Made by a program: the position numbers and the translations under genes. Source: Macrostomum lignano (lineage: Eukaryota). From it: DNA of 64,000 nt. The stretch is taken from contig NIVC01000087.1 in the NCBI GenBank assembly GCA_002269645.1, positions 885,608-949,607 of the forward strand, read 5' to 3'. Shown here in pieces: positions 48,200 through 60,900 of the stretch (position 1 is its first letter; every line of letters starts with the position of its first letter). The notes under the pieces are model-generated. The model did not search any database and was not told the origin of the DNA. It worked only from the letters and a program-made list of their open reading frames with translations.

Positions 48200-48343
48200 A
48201 GAGACTTGAGGCAAAGGGGCCTTGCGTCAAACAGTCTATGTGGGGATGAGGCACGGTGGGTCGGCGGCTGCGATGAGAGACTTGAGGCAAAGGGGCCTTG
48301 CCTCAAACAGTCTATGTGGGGATGAGGCACGGTGGGTCGGCGG
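48200..48343. repeat. Two-copy ~70-bp direct repeat
   Basis: gagagacttgaggcaaaggggccttg..acagtctatgtggggatgaggcacggtgggtcggcgg at ~48200 and ~48275. Confidence 0.8.
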
Positions 48344-48981
48344 GTGTGATGCTGCAGTATGGCGCAACCTGCCGGTGGCCTGCATACAATGGTAGGGATG
48401 GACAAAAAACTTCCTCGCCAAAGCTGACACTCCTCATTATTTCTTTCCCTGTCCACTTCAATGTCCGCCTCCCCATCATTCATTTGGTCCCCTCTGTCGA
48501 TAAATGAAGACTAATGGTCAGCTGGGCCTTGAGTGAGTGTGTGTGGGGGGAGTAATTTTGATAGTTTTATCAATTGTTGCTGCAGCGGAGCTAGAGAAGA
48601 GGCTGAGATATGGGAGGATGAGACTGGCGCCTGCATAGCCGCTACCCCCCAGAATGGGGAGATTGGGGATGGGGGCCGATCGTGTCGGAAAATGGAAGCC
48701 TGGAAGCCTATGCAGTTTAGGCAGGATATGTTACTATGGAAACGACGGCAACAAGCAAACCCGGAGGCGGGCGTTGGATTTTGATGCGGGCGGCCCGGCT
48801 GGGTACTTGATTAGAAACCGGGACGTCATCCGCTCCCCCAGCCAGCGCTCCACGGCTAAGACCGGTTTCTAGACTGGCCAACTCTCACGATTATCTTGTT
48901 GAGACATTTTCAATCAAGATTTGTAGAAAAGAAAGTCTGAAAAAAGTTTGCATAGTCCGTTTTCTTTTAGCTATTTTTGCG

Positions 48982-51900
48982 ATGGCAAAGCTGCGCAATG
49001 CTTTCGCTGTTGCCGCCTTGGTCACCGCGGTTCTGCTTAGCCTGGCAACGACGGCTACCGCAGGTAAAAAGCAATTTTTTGTCACTGTTGTTGTAAATAT
49101 TGTAGCTACATTAGTGATGTACTAATGTACAGCTACATTAGTCAATGGCGGTTCTAGTCATTTTAAGGTCAGTACAGCTACATTAGTCTATGGGGCTCTA
49201 GTCAGTTTAAGGTCAGTACAGCTACATTAGTCTATGGGGCTCTAGTCAGTTTAAGGTCAGTACAGCTACATTAGTCTATGGCGGTTCTAGTCAGTTTAAG
49301 GTCAGTACAGCTACATTAGTCTATGGGGCTCTAGTCAGTTTAAGGTCAGTACAGCTACATTAGTCTATGGGGCTCTAGTCAGTTTAAGGTCAGTACAGCT
49401 ACATTAGTCTATGGGGCTCTAGTCATTTTATGCTCAGTACAGCTACATTAGTCTATGGGGCTCTAGTCAGTTTAAGGTCAGTACAGCTAAATTAGTCTAT
49501 GGGGCTCTAGTCAGTTTAAGGTCAGTACAGCTACATTAGTCTATGGGGCTCTAGTCAGTTTAAGGTCAGTACAGCTACATTAGTCTATGGCGGTTCTAGT
49601 CAGTTTAAGGTCAGTACAGCTACATTAGTCTATGGGGCTCTAGTCAGTTTAAGGTCAGTACAGCTACATTAGTCTATGGGGCTCTAGTCAGTTTAAGGTC
49701 AGTACAGCTACATTAGTCTATGGGGCTCTAGTCAGTTTAAGGTCAGTACAGCTACATTAGTCTATGGGGCTCTAGTCAGTTTAAGGTCAGTACAGCTACA
49801 TTAGTCTATGGGGCTCTAGTCAGTTTAAGGTCAGTACAGCTACATTAGTCTATGGCGGTTCTAGTCAGTTTAAGGTCAGTACTGCATCATTAGTCTATGG
49901 CGGTTCTAGTCAGTTTAAGGTCAGTACAGCTACATTAGTCTATGGGGCTCTAGTCAGTTTAAGGTCAGTACAGCTACATTAGTCTATGGGGCTCTAGTCA
50001 GTTTAAGGTCAGTACAGCTACATTAGTCTATGGGGCTCTAGTCAGTTTAAGGTCAGTACAGCTACATTAGTCTATGGGGCTTTTAGTCAGTTTAAGGTCA
50101 GTACTGCATCATTAGTCTATGGGGCTCTAGTCAGTTTAAGGTCAGTACAGCTACATTAGTCTATGGGGCTCTAGTCAGTTTAAGGTCAGTACAGCTACAT
50201 TAGTCTATGGGGCTCTAGTCAGTTTAAGGTCAGTACAGCTACATTAGTCTATGGGGCTCTAGTCAGTTTAAGGTCAGTACAGCTACATTAGTCTATTGGG
50301 CTCTAGTCAGTTTAAGGTCAGTACAGCTACATTAGTCTATGGGGCTCTAGTCAGTTTAAGGTCAGTACAGCTACATTAGTCTATGGGGCTCTAGTCAGTT
50401 TAAGGTCAGTACAGCTACATTAGTCTATGGGGCTCTAGTCAGTTTAAGGTCAGTACAGCTACATTAGTCTATGGCGGTTCTAGTCAGTTTAAGGTCAGTA
50501 CAGCTACATTAGTCTATGGGGCTCTAGTCAGTTTAAGGTCAGTACAGCTACATTAGTCTATGGGGCTCTAGTCAGTTTAAGGTCAGTACAGCTACATTAG
50601 TCTATGGCGGTTCTAGTCAGTTTAAGGTCAGTACTGCATCATTAGTCTATGGCGGTTCTAGTCAGTTTAAGGTCAGTACAGCTACATTAGTCTATGGGGC
50701 TCTAGTCAGTTTAAGGTCAGTACAGCTACATTAGTCTATGGGGCTCTAGTCAGTTTAAGGTCAGTACAGCTACATTAGTCTATGGGCTCTAGTCAGTTTA
50801 AGGTCAGTACAGCTACATTAGTCTATGGGGCTTTTAGTCAGTTTAAGGTCAGTACTGCATCATTAGTCTATGGGGCTCTAGTCAGTTTAAGGTCAGTACA
50901 GCTACATTAGTCTATGGGGCTCTAGTCAGTTTAAGGTCAGTACAGCTACATTAGTCTATGGGGCTCTAGTCAGTTTAAGGTCAGTACAGCTACATTAGTC
51001 TATGGGGCTCTAGTCAGTTTAAGGTCAGTACAGCTACATTAGTCTATGGCGGTTCTAGTCAGTTTAAGGTCAGTACAGCTACATTAGTCTATGGGGCTCT
51101 AGTCAGTTTAAGGTCAGTACAGCTACATTAGTCTATGGGGCTCTAGTCAGTTTAAGGTCAGTAAAGCTACATTAGTCTATGGCGGTTCTAGTCAGTTTAA
51201 GGTCAGTACTGCATCATTAGTCTATGGCGGTTCTAGTCAGTTTAAGGTCAGTACAGCTACATTAGTCTATGGGGCTCTAGTCAGTTTAAGGTCAGTACAG
51301 CTACATTAGTCTATGGCGGTTCTAGTCAGTTTAAGGTCAGTACTGCATCATTAGTCTATGGCGGTTCTAGTCAGTTTAAGGTCAGTACAGCTACATTAGT
51401 CTATGGGGCTCTAGTCAGTTTAAGCTCAGTACAGCTACATTAGTCTATGGGGCTCTAGTCAGTTTAAGGTCAGTACAGCTACATTAGTCTATGGGGCTCT
51501 AGTCAGTTTAAGGTCAGTACAGCTACATTAGTCTATGGGGCTTTTAGTCAGTTTAAGGTCAGTACTGCATCATTAGTCTATGGGGCTCTAGTCAGTTTAA
51601 GGTCAGTACAGCTACATTAGTCTATGGGGCTCTAGTCAGTTTAAGGTCAGTACAGCTACATTAGTCTATGGGGCTCTAGTCAGTTTAAGGTCAGTACAGC
51701 TACATTAGTCTATGGCGGTTCTAGTCAGTTTAAGGTCAGTACAGCTACATTAGTCTATGGGGCTCTAGTCAGTTTAAGGTCAGTACAGCTACATTAGTCT
51801 ATGGGGCTCTAGTCAGTTTAAGGTCAGTACAGCTACATTAGTCTATGGGGCTCTAGTCAGTTTAAGGTCAGTACAGCTACATTAGTCTATGGGGCTCTAG

Positions 51901-54900
51901 TCAGTTTAAGGTCAGTACAGCTACATTAGTCTATGGGGCTCTAGTCAGTTTAAGGTCAGTACTGCATCATTAGTCTATGGCGGTTCTAGTCAGTTTAAGG
52001 TCAGTACAGCTACATTAGTCTATGGGGCTCTAGTCAGTTTAAGGTCAGTACAGCTACATTAGTCTATGGGGCTCTAGTCAGTTTAAGGTCAGTACAGCTA
52101 CATTAGTCAATGGCGGAATTCTAGTCTGTCTTCTGCTACATTAGTCTATGGCATTTTCTACCCAATTTTCAGTCGCAGCTGCCAACTACGGCTGCCGGGT
52201 CGTGGCTCTAAACGACACTTTCCAGCGCTCCTACAGGCGCAATCCCGGACTGCAGGGCGCCAGCTTCTCCGACATTCCAATTACTCTGGAGTCCTGTCTG
52301 CTGCATTGCGCTACACAGGAGGATACTATCGAGTAAGCAGCTCAGTTTGCGGATGATTCAATAAAGATAGCTGTTGACAGGGTGGACTTGAATTCATAGA
52401 TGTCGCAATATTTTGTGCGTTTAGCGTTTTAACCATAGACAAAATCGGTCGAAAATTTAGGTGAAAATCGAAATATCGCCGCAAATCTAATTTCTCCCCA
52501 ATCTCCCAATGTACTTTGCTAAATTTTGCTTCAAAAAGCTGAATTTCAGAGAGTGAGATTTCGTAATAATAAGCTGAGACACAAAATATGATTGCAGCCA
52601 AAATCGGTCTCCATTGAAAGTTTAAGATTATTAATATCTCGCAATATCCAACACTAAAACAATTCATCCCAATCAACCAAACCCATCCCCAACCAGGTAC
52701 GCGGCTTACAGCCACACGGCCTGTTTATGCGGCAACGAGAACTACACTAGTCTGGAAAGCTCTGTCAACTGCGGCGACCCGTACGACAGCATGTGTCCGG
52801 CGTCCAATGATTCATGCTTCATAACTGAGCAGACTGTCTATCAGGCGCTGGTGCAGAACCCCATCTTCAATGCCACTCTACTAGCGTCCTCGAGTAAGAC
52901 GAGTTGCCTGTGTTGAATTGCGAATCGAGCTTTTGATAGTCATTGATAGATTGAGCAAACTCGAACCCGAGTTCAAACTCTTGAACAAAAGAACTTTAGT
53001 CTTCTCAAACTAAATTTAAGATTACAAGGTGATGTACAAACTACATGGAGATACGATGCTTATCCTTGAACAGGGTAACCCGGATGTAATGATAATAATA
53101 ATAAATAAATAATTGGTTACACCTGCCCTAGTGGCCTGATGCGCTACCGACAGCTCAGCCGCAGCTATTGCGCGGCGCATCTGAAGGCTGCGTACGGCTG
53201 TTCAGTCCAAGGACTGGGGGTCGCCCCACACAGCCTCAATTACCCCAGCTAATGCTGGCACCCATTTTACAGCTGGGTGAACTGAAGCAATGCAGATTTA
53301 AGTGTGTTGCTCAAGGACACAAATTGTTCCGAGTGGGATCGGGAATCGAACCCCCGACCTTTCAGTCGTGAGTCCGACGCTCTATCCACTAGGCTACAAC
53401 CCCCAACGGATGTAGGATGTTAATCCTCAAACAAGGTAACCCGGCTGTTACAAAATTGAAGTCCCTACGATAGCTATGCTTTATCCTGAGAACTACTTGT
53501 GAGTCATGATGAAATCAAAGGCCTTTGCATTGCACTGCTCAATTCACCACCGCCTCAAATTTGCAGCTCAGCTCCGCACGCCGACAACAATATTCGCCGA
53601 GTTGCCCAAGGCTGACGTCAGCGCCTCCGCCAGGTTCCCCGTCACCATCAGAGCTGTTGATGTGGATGAGCAAGCCAGCATCAGCCAGCACTTCACGGTG
53701 CCGATCTCCAACCAGCTGACTGACTCCAGCGAGATCCCTGTGCGCCCGACCTTCTCCAGTGAGTCCGCTTGGAATAGATTTTTTTCCGAATAGAGCAAAT
53801 AAAATACGAGTTTGAAGGCCGTAGCTCGTAGACTGAAAAAACTTTAGAATTTATTCGCACAACAGTCTACTCATAGTAAAAAGTGCGGGTTAAGCATTAG
53901 AAAACCGTAACTCGCATTGCAGACCGACGCGGCCTAGTTTACGTTAAGTTTACCACGCCGGAGGCCGAGGAGCACAAGACCAAATCCTACAAGGTGTACT
54001 ATCCCATCAGCGCCCAGCTGTCACTGGAGCTGAACTTTGCCAACAATACGCCAGGATATTATCCTGTGATGGAGGAGTTTCAGGCTACCATCAGGATCAG
54101 CCTCGGCTCTAACATGTCCACCATTTTTAACTTCGGCGACGGCACGGCTAAGCAGTTTTCTAATCTGCCAGGTAGGATTGACTGCCGAGGGTACACTGTA
54201 GAGGTGGGGAGGGGCGAGAATGGGAATATGGTGAGTAGGGTAGATGATTGGTGAGTAGGGTAGATGATTGGTGAGTAGGGTAGATGATGGTAAGTAGGGT
54301 AGATGGTGGTGAGTAGGGTAGATGATGGTAAGTAGGGTAGATGATGGTGAGTAGGGTAGATGGTGGTGAGTAGGGTAGATAATGGGTGAGTAGGGTAGAT
54401 GATGGTGAGTAGGGTAGATGATGGTGAGTAGGGTAGATGATGGTGAGTAGGGTAGATGATGGTGAGTAGGGTAGATGATGGTGAGTAGGGTAGATGATGG
54501 TGAGTAGGGTAGATGATGGTGAGTAGGGTAGATGATGGTGAGTAGGGTAGATGATGGTGAGTAGGGTAGATGATGGTGAGTAGGGTAGATGATGGTGAGT
54601 AGGGTAGATGGTGGCGAGTAGGGTAGATAATGGGTGAGTAGGGTAGATGATGGTGAGTAGGGTAGATGATGGTGAGTAGGGTAGATAGTGGTGAGTAGGG
54701 TAGATGATTGGTGAGTAGGGTAGATGATGGTGAGTAGGGTAGATGATGGTGAGTAGGGTAGATGATTGGTGAGTAGGGTAGATGATGGTGAGTAGGGTAG
54801 ATGATGGTGAGTAGGGTAGATGATTGGTGAGTAGGGTAGATGATGGTGAGTAGGGTAGATGATGGTGAGTAGGGTAGATAATGGGTGAGTAGGGTAGATG

Positions 54901-57900
54901 ATGGTGAGTAGGGTAGATGGTGGTGAGTAGGGTAGATGATGGTGAGTAGGGTAGATGATGGTGAGTAGGGTAGATAATGGGTGAGTAGGGTAGATGGTGG
55001 TGAGTAGGGTAGATGATGGTGAGTAGGGTAGATGGTGGTGAGTAGGGTAGATGATGGTGAGTAGGGTAGATGGTGGTGAGTGCATGGATAGGTCAGTGTT
55101 TTGCATATACATGATAGGCGATAACCCGCCTTCCCTGTCGCAGACACATTCCCGGTGACATATCGCCGGAGCGTGGCTTTTAACGAATCGAATGACGCTA
55201 TATGGACAGACCCGGAGCACTCAGTGACCGTCTTTTCCAGCTTCCGGATTGACTCCAACATAACCATCACGACCGTCGTACCGCTGGTTAGGCCTGTCGC
55301 CCAACCGGCCACTATCGCCGTTCTGGTGCGTCTTTTCAATTCCTTATTCAAGAGATGTTTTCCGGTCAAAAAAGTACACGGAGTTGGGGATATAACGTCA
55401 AAACTGAGCGCAAATAATTTTAATCCCACGGTATAAAGAACGGACACCGAAAACCATGGCACATGGAACGGACACAGACACCCATCACTCACACAAGCAC
55501 ACTATCCATTCACACAAGCACATCAATCATTCACACAAACACCCATAACTCACACAAGCACACCCATCATTCACACAAGCACACCCATCATTCACACAAG
55601 CACACCAATCACTCACACAAGCACACCCATCATTCACACAAGCACACCAATCACTCACACAAGCACACCCATCACTCACACAAGCACACCCATCACTCAC
55701 ACAAGCACACCCATCACTCACACAAGCACACCCATCACTCACACAAGCACACCCATCATTCACACAAGCACACCCATCATTCACACAAGCACACCCATCA
55801 CTCACACAAGCACACCAATCACTCACACAAACACACCCATCACTCACACAAGCACACCAATCACTCACACAAACACACCCATCAATCACACAAGCACACT
55901 ATCCATTCACACAAACACACCCATCACTCACACAAGCACACTTGCCCCTCCCACTAACCGAAGCTTCGTGTTCCGTGATTACTGTTATGCAGCTTTCACC
56001 AATCCTAACCCATCCTTATCTGTTAACGCAGGCTCTGCGCCCAGTCTGCAGCAGCGGCTCTGTTTATTGCAACCGCGCCAACGCCTGCACCAACAACTGC
56101 TCGGCCCTGCCAGGCGCTCGGTCCGTTGCCTGCGGCTCCGGCTCCGCCTGGTCGACCAACCGTCGAATCTGCCGATCCGGGAGTGCCCAGGATTCGTCTC
56201 TATTCGCCGATGGCTACTACGTCCACCAGAGCGTCGCTGCCAACCTGACTAGCCCGTCTGCTTCTCATTACTTCCAGACTGTTTACCTGCCGGGCGGCGG
56301 ACTTAGCCTGATTCCGGGCGATCTTCTTGCACTTTATGACCCCAACGGTGCTGTGGCATGCGAAAATAGCACTCTAACAGAGGTGAACTTAAACGAAACG
56401 GAGCACCTGCTGTCCTGGAATACCAGTTTCGCCGACTTCACCCTGGATGGCGCGACTGTTCGCAGAGTCACTCTGGCGACTCTCAACTCCGGTGCCCGAC
56501 GCAGCGTGAAGGCGGTGCAGTTCTTCGGCAATCGGCAACTATCGGTGCTGGGCAACCATCGCTTCGCCAACGTGGGCTGCAACTGGACAACCAGTTATTG
56601 TAACGACGAATATCCGTTCAATATCACCGCTTCTATAGTGTCCGGGGTTGATGGTCAAACCGCCGTGTCTAAGCTGCCATTGATCGTGCAAATTCCGCTG
56701 ATTAATGTCACCTTTGAGGCTCCGCTTTACTGTGAGTTTAACCTGAGTTTTAAAGGTCAACTAGTTACGCTCGTACTAGCGTCTGAAACATGCGATCAGC
56801 TTGTGAAACATACAATTGTGGAAGCAGATCTTAATTAACTGCATCTAAACAAAATTCATTCACAATATGAATAATATTTTCCAGATACGAGTCACACGAA
56901 GGTTCCATACCAGATTGGCAGCCACAGCGGCAGCAAGCCCGTGTACAGCTGGTCAGTGAATGCTTCACTGACGGATTTCAACTCCTCCATGCTGGCTAAT
57001 AGCGGCTACAGCTTTGCCAGCGACGGATTTTACAACGTCTGTCTGACCACCGTCAACCACGTGTCTAGCTTCTTTGTCTGCGTAAGTTTCATATGTCAAT
57101 AAACAACATTGTAATTGCACTTTCTCAGTCTTAGCAGCTTATATTGAAAGTAATCGTTTCGTTTTTTAACTGTCCAAATGCACTCCAACGAATTTGAAAT
57201 CCGCCTGCAGCACACGGTGATCATTCAGCACCCGTTGTTGAACGATACGACATTCATTGTTCCTGACTTGCTATTGGCGACCACGCCGACCAGCCCCGCT
57301 CTGTCCACGATCTACTTCACGTGGAACGCCAGCAACTCAGACGTGCCAACCAACGTGAGCGCCATCATTGACCCAGCCGACGGCGGCAACCCGGTCTTTG
57401 TCCTGGTCGATTGGAGCACTTCGCGTCGCGTCGTTGAGTATAAGCGCAACTACTCACGAGGTGTCTACATTAGAAAAATTGAAATGTTCAACCAGGTCAG
57501 CCGACAGGTGAGCAACACCAGCCTGGTGGTGCAGGAGGCCATCATGGGTCCCGTGCTGACAGCTTCAGCCTATGTAGTGCGGCCGGGCCAGGTTGTGACC
57601 TACACTTTGAACCTCGTCTGGGGCTCCGACTACACTGTCACCATCAATTTCGGCGATGGCAACAGCCAGACAGTGACAGTCAACGACAACAACCACACCA
57701 CCACGTTCACGCACACTTTCGCCGGTATCGGCAACTACTCCGCCTCCTGCTCCATCGTCAACCGCGTCACCACTAGCGTAACGGCGCAGCTCGACCGCAC
57801 CGTAGTTGAAGTCATGTTCGTGCCAGCTGGTTTCGAGCTGCTCGCCTCCTTCATCAAGCTGCTTCGTCGACCGGAGAACATGACAGACACCCGGCTTCAG

Positions 57901-60900
57901 CTGTGCCGCAACTCCACCATCAACGCCTTGGAGCCGCTCTACTCGGTCTTCTATGACATCGACCTCGGCGACGGCAGTCTCGCAGCGACCGGCATCGCCC
58001 TAGTCAGCTGTGACACCTCCAATACTGCCAACAACGACGCTTGTACCGGGCAGTTCGGGCCTGGCTTTGTACACTGCCAGTTCGCGCCAACGCAGCAGTA
58101 CCGACACCCGGGCAACTTCACGGCCACCGTGCGCCTATACAACAAAGCCGGCTCGCAGACTCTCACCTGGTCGCAACAGATCTACTCGCAGATCGTCAAC
58201 CTGAATCGCAATATCACTCTGTACCCGGGGATGTACACTGGCAACACTCCGGTGCATGATATGAGTCGCACGTACGCTTATCCGATTGAGCACCCGCTCA
58301 AGTTTTTTGCTATAACGCAATTCGGTCATCTGTCTCCGCTGTATTATAACTGGGACTTCGGTGACGGTCATACGGCTGTAACTACGGTGAACTGGATCGA
58401 GCACAAGTTCGACAAGCCTCTGCTCTTCACCGTTCGGGTGAACGTGACCAACCCGCTTGTTTGGCAGGCAGACTCGTACAACATTGAGCTAAAACGAAGC
58501 GTCATCGATGTTACTATTGGCGCCAAAGTGGCCATGCCGATGGACTATCCCTACGAGGTCACCATGGACTTCGCTGCGTTCCCAACTAACACCTGCTTCA
58601 TCATCGACTTTAGCAACTTCGGCACCCGCGTAGTCAACAACGGCAGCAAGCATATGTTCGGTTTCGAGGCCTTCTGCAACTCCGATCCCTACTTCTCGTC
58701 GAGGAAGTCGCAGTGCTATTGGGACACCGAGCTCACTGACTACTACCTCAATGGCTACCTGGAGTCCCTGACGGGTTCAGCCTTTAGCAGGACCACCTTC
58801 TTCAAAAACTTTGAAAACTACGGTGCCGAAACTGTGACTCTGCACGCAGCCAACAGTTTTTCCAGCCTCGACTACTCCTGGACTATGACCGTGTCCAAGG
58901 GCTTCTGCTCAATCCCGGTGCCCAACTTGGCTGCGAGTTTACCAAAACGCGTTATAAACGCAACCAGGTGGTTGAAATCGGTGGCGACATGAAAATATCT
59001 TGCTATAATGTCAGTACGCACGTTAAGTGGACAGTCGAGGAGTTTAACAATGGCTCTGGACTCTGGACGGACTATGGCGGTCAGTAAAAGCTTCATCTCG
59101 AACATTGATTTTGATTTTAAAGTATCCAAAATGAGTGAGTCTCGAAGTATCGCTTCACTAAGAAGCACACAAGGTTGTCTTTATAGCCAGCGCTTTTCTT
59201 GTCTGGCATGCTTTCTTTCTTCCTTTTCAAGCATCTTTGACGGCTACGGGAAATTTCACAGAGGTTTTTATGCTACCGCTGTGGGAACACATATTTCCCA
59301 TATCTACTCGTAGTTTCCATATTTAGTAATATTGGCCACTCCATAGCTGAGACTTAAAAGGCTTAAGAGACCATTGGAGCCCTTGATTTTATGGTTGGAG
59401 GGCATAGCAGTAGAAATGAATGAATGTTGCCAGTTTCAAAGCTTTTGTGATGGAACCTATTAAGTCCTTGAGGTTGGCGACTCAAGCAATAGAGATTTTT
59501 GGTGCCACATGCACATAGTGGTTGGAGGGTCGGGCTGAAGTTAAGATGATTGCAATCCCAACGATTCTTCTTGTGCAATAAATAAATGATATATTGTTAC
59601 TGTGTGATAGGCTAAACTGCTTCTATCATTCTTTACTTTCTCACAATATTACCGTAGGTAATTTTGGTTACAGCGGAACTCTAGGGTTACAGTAGATGTT
59701 CATGCATATTTCAATGCAACCGCTTCCCTGCACTCGCGCTTACAGCTCAGCTTCAGGCGTTCTACACAAAGCACCGGTCAAGCGAGAACCTGCAAAACCT
59801 GCTGGAAGGTGACTGGTTCGGGCCAACGAACATTCACCTCCGCCTGCTCACCTTGCCGGCCTTCTCTCTGCGCTTTTCCAAAGCCTACCGGGTCTGCGCG
59901 CAGCTCACAATGAACGACGAGCCAACTATCAATGCGACCGAGTGCGTCACTTTCTATGTGTACAAAGCCCCTGTGGAGCCCTGCCTCCAGTTCAAGTACA
60001 GCAAGGATAACATCACCTGGAATGACTTAGAGGACCCTGCGCAGGCTCCTACGGCTCCCTGCTGAGCTTCGACGCTTCGTGCAGCGTTAATCCGAACAAG
60101 TTCGACGCGGACGGCGAGTTGCCCTGCTGGTCTGTGGCTACGTACTGCCGGCACGACTGCGAGCCGATGAAGTTCGGCCCTAATTACGCCTACAATGCCA
60201 GCGAGCAGACACTTGCCTGCAAGAAGCTCAAAATCGATGGTGGGTACGTTCACGAGAGCACTTGCTTCATCTCGCAGGCGCTGGTCACCTGGCATTACCT
60301 GAAGCCTATGGGCTTGGAGGACTGGATGAAAGTGAACGTCACCACCTCCAGCTATCCAAACGAAGTAGTGAAAGGCGTGTACGACAGGATCCCAGGCTGG
60401 AAGGATCAGGCAGCGATTGGAAAGTACAATTTTCTATACTACATGCACAACGGCATTGTGTATGTGGACACCAAGTTCAGCTTCGAGGGTGACGCGATTC
60501 ACTTCACGTTGGTGATCAAGGATACGTGCGATGACCTGCTCCCGGAGCCGGTCTCGGCTACGCTGAAAATCACCAGAGGCGAGCCACCCATTGTCAGCGG
60601 AGTGTGAGCTAACAATCATGGATTTATGTTTAATAATTTTCCATAGCCCACCCCTGATAAGTCGGACATGACGGCGACCCCTCTGTCCCGCAGGTGCGTG
60701 AGCAACTGCTTCAGGCGGAAGATACCTCATAAAAAGTTGAACGGCAACGCCTGCGGCTACAAGTCGATCAGCGTCAACCCGAAGGTGGTCACGAAGTTTC
60801 AAATGCGTATTGAGAACTACGTGGCCGGCATTGATTACGGATTCTTTTGGCAGTCCACTCCGCTTAACAGCTCGCTGAAGGTCTGCCCGAGCGATTTGAG

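Noticed and set aside
9170-52150. CRISPR-like appearance of the regular arrays
   Set aside because: Units are head-to-tail with no unique spacers, no cas genes are present, and the context is eukaryotic and intronic.
53335-53406. Functional tRNA gene
   Set aside because: A and B boxes are present, but no complete acceptor stem was seen and the sequence continues into a SINE body with tail and TSD.
54021-55957. 470-aa and 399-aa minus-strand ORFs and the His-rich plus-strand ORF
   Set aside because: Produced by 19-bp and 21-bp intronic arrays and antisense reading of PKD1-like exons.
58968-59014. A 47-nt intron as an alternative to the frameshift at ~58926
   Set aside because: The shifted frame upstream and through this segment reads as coherent REJ sequence (RYKRNQVVEIGGDMKISCYNV), so a 1-nt deletion explains it better.
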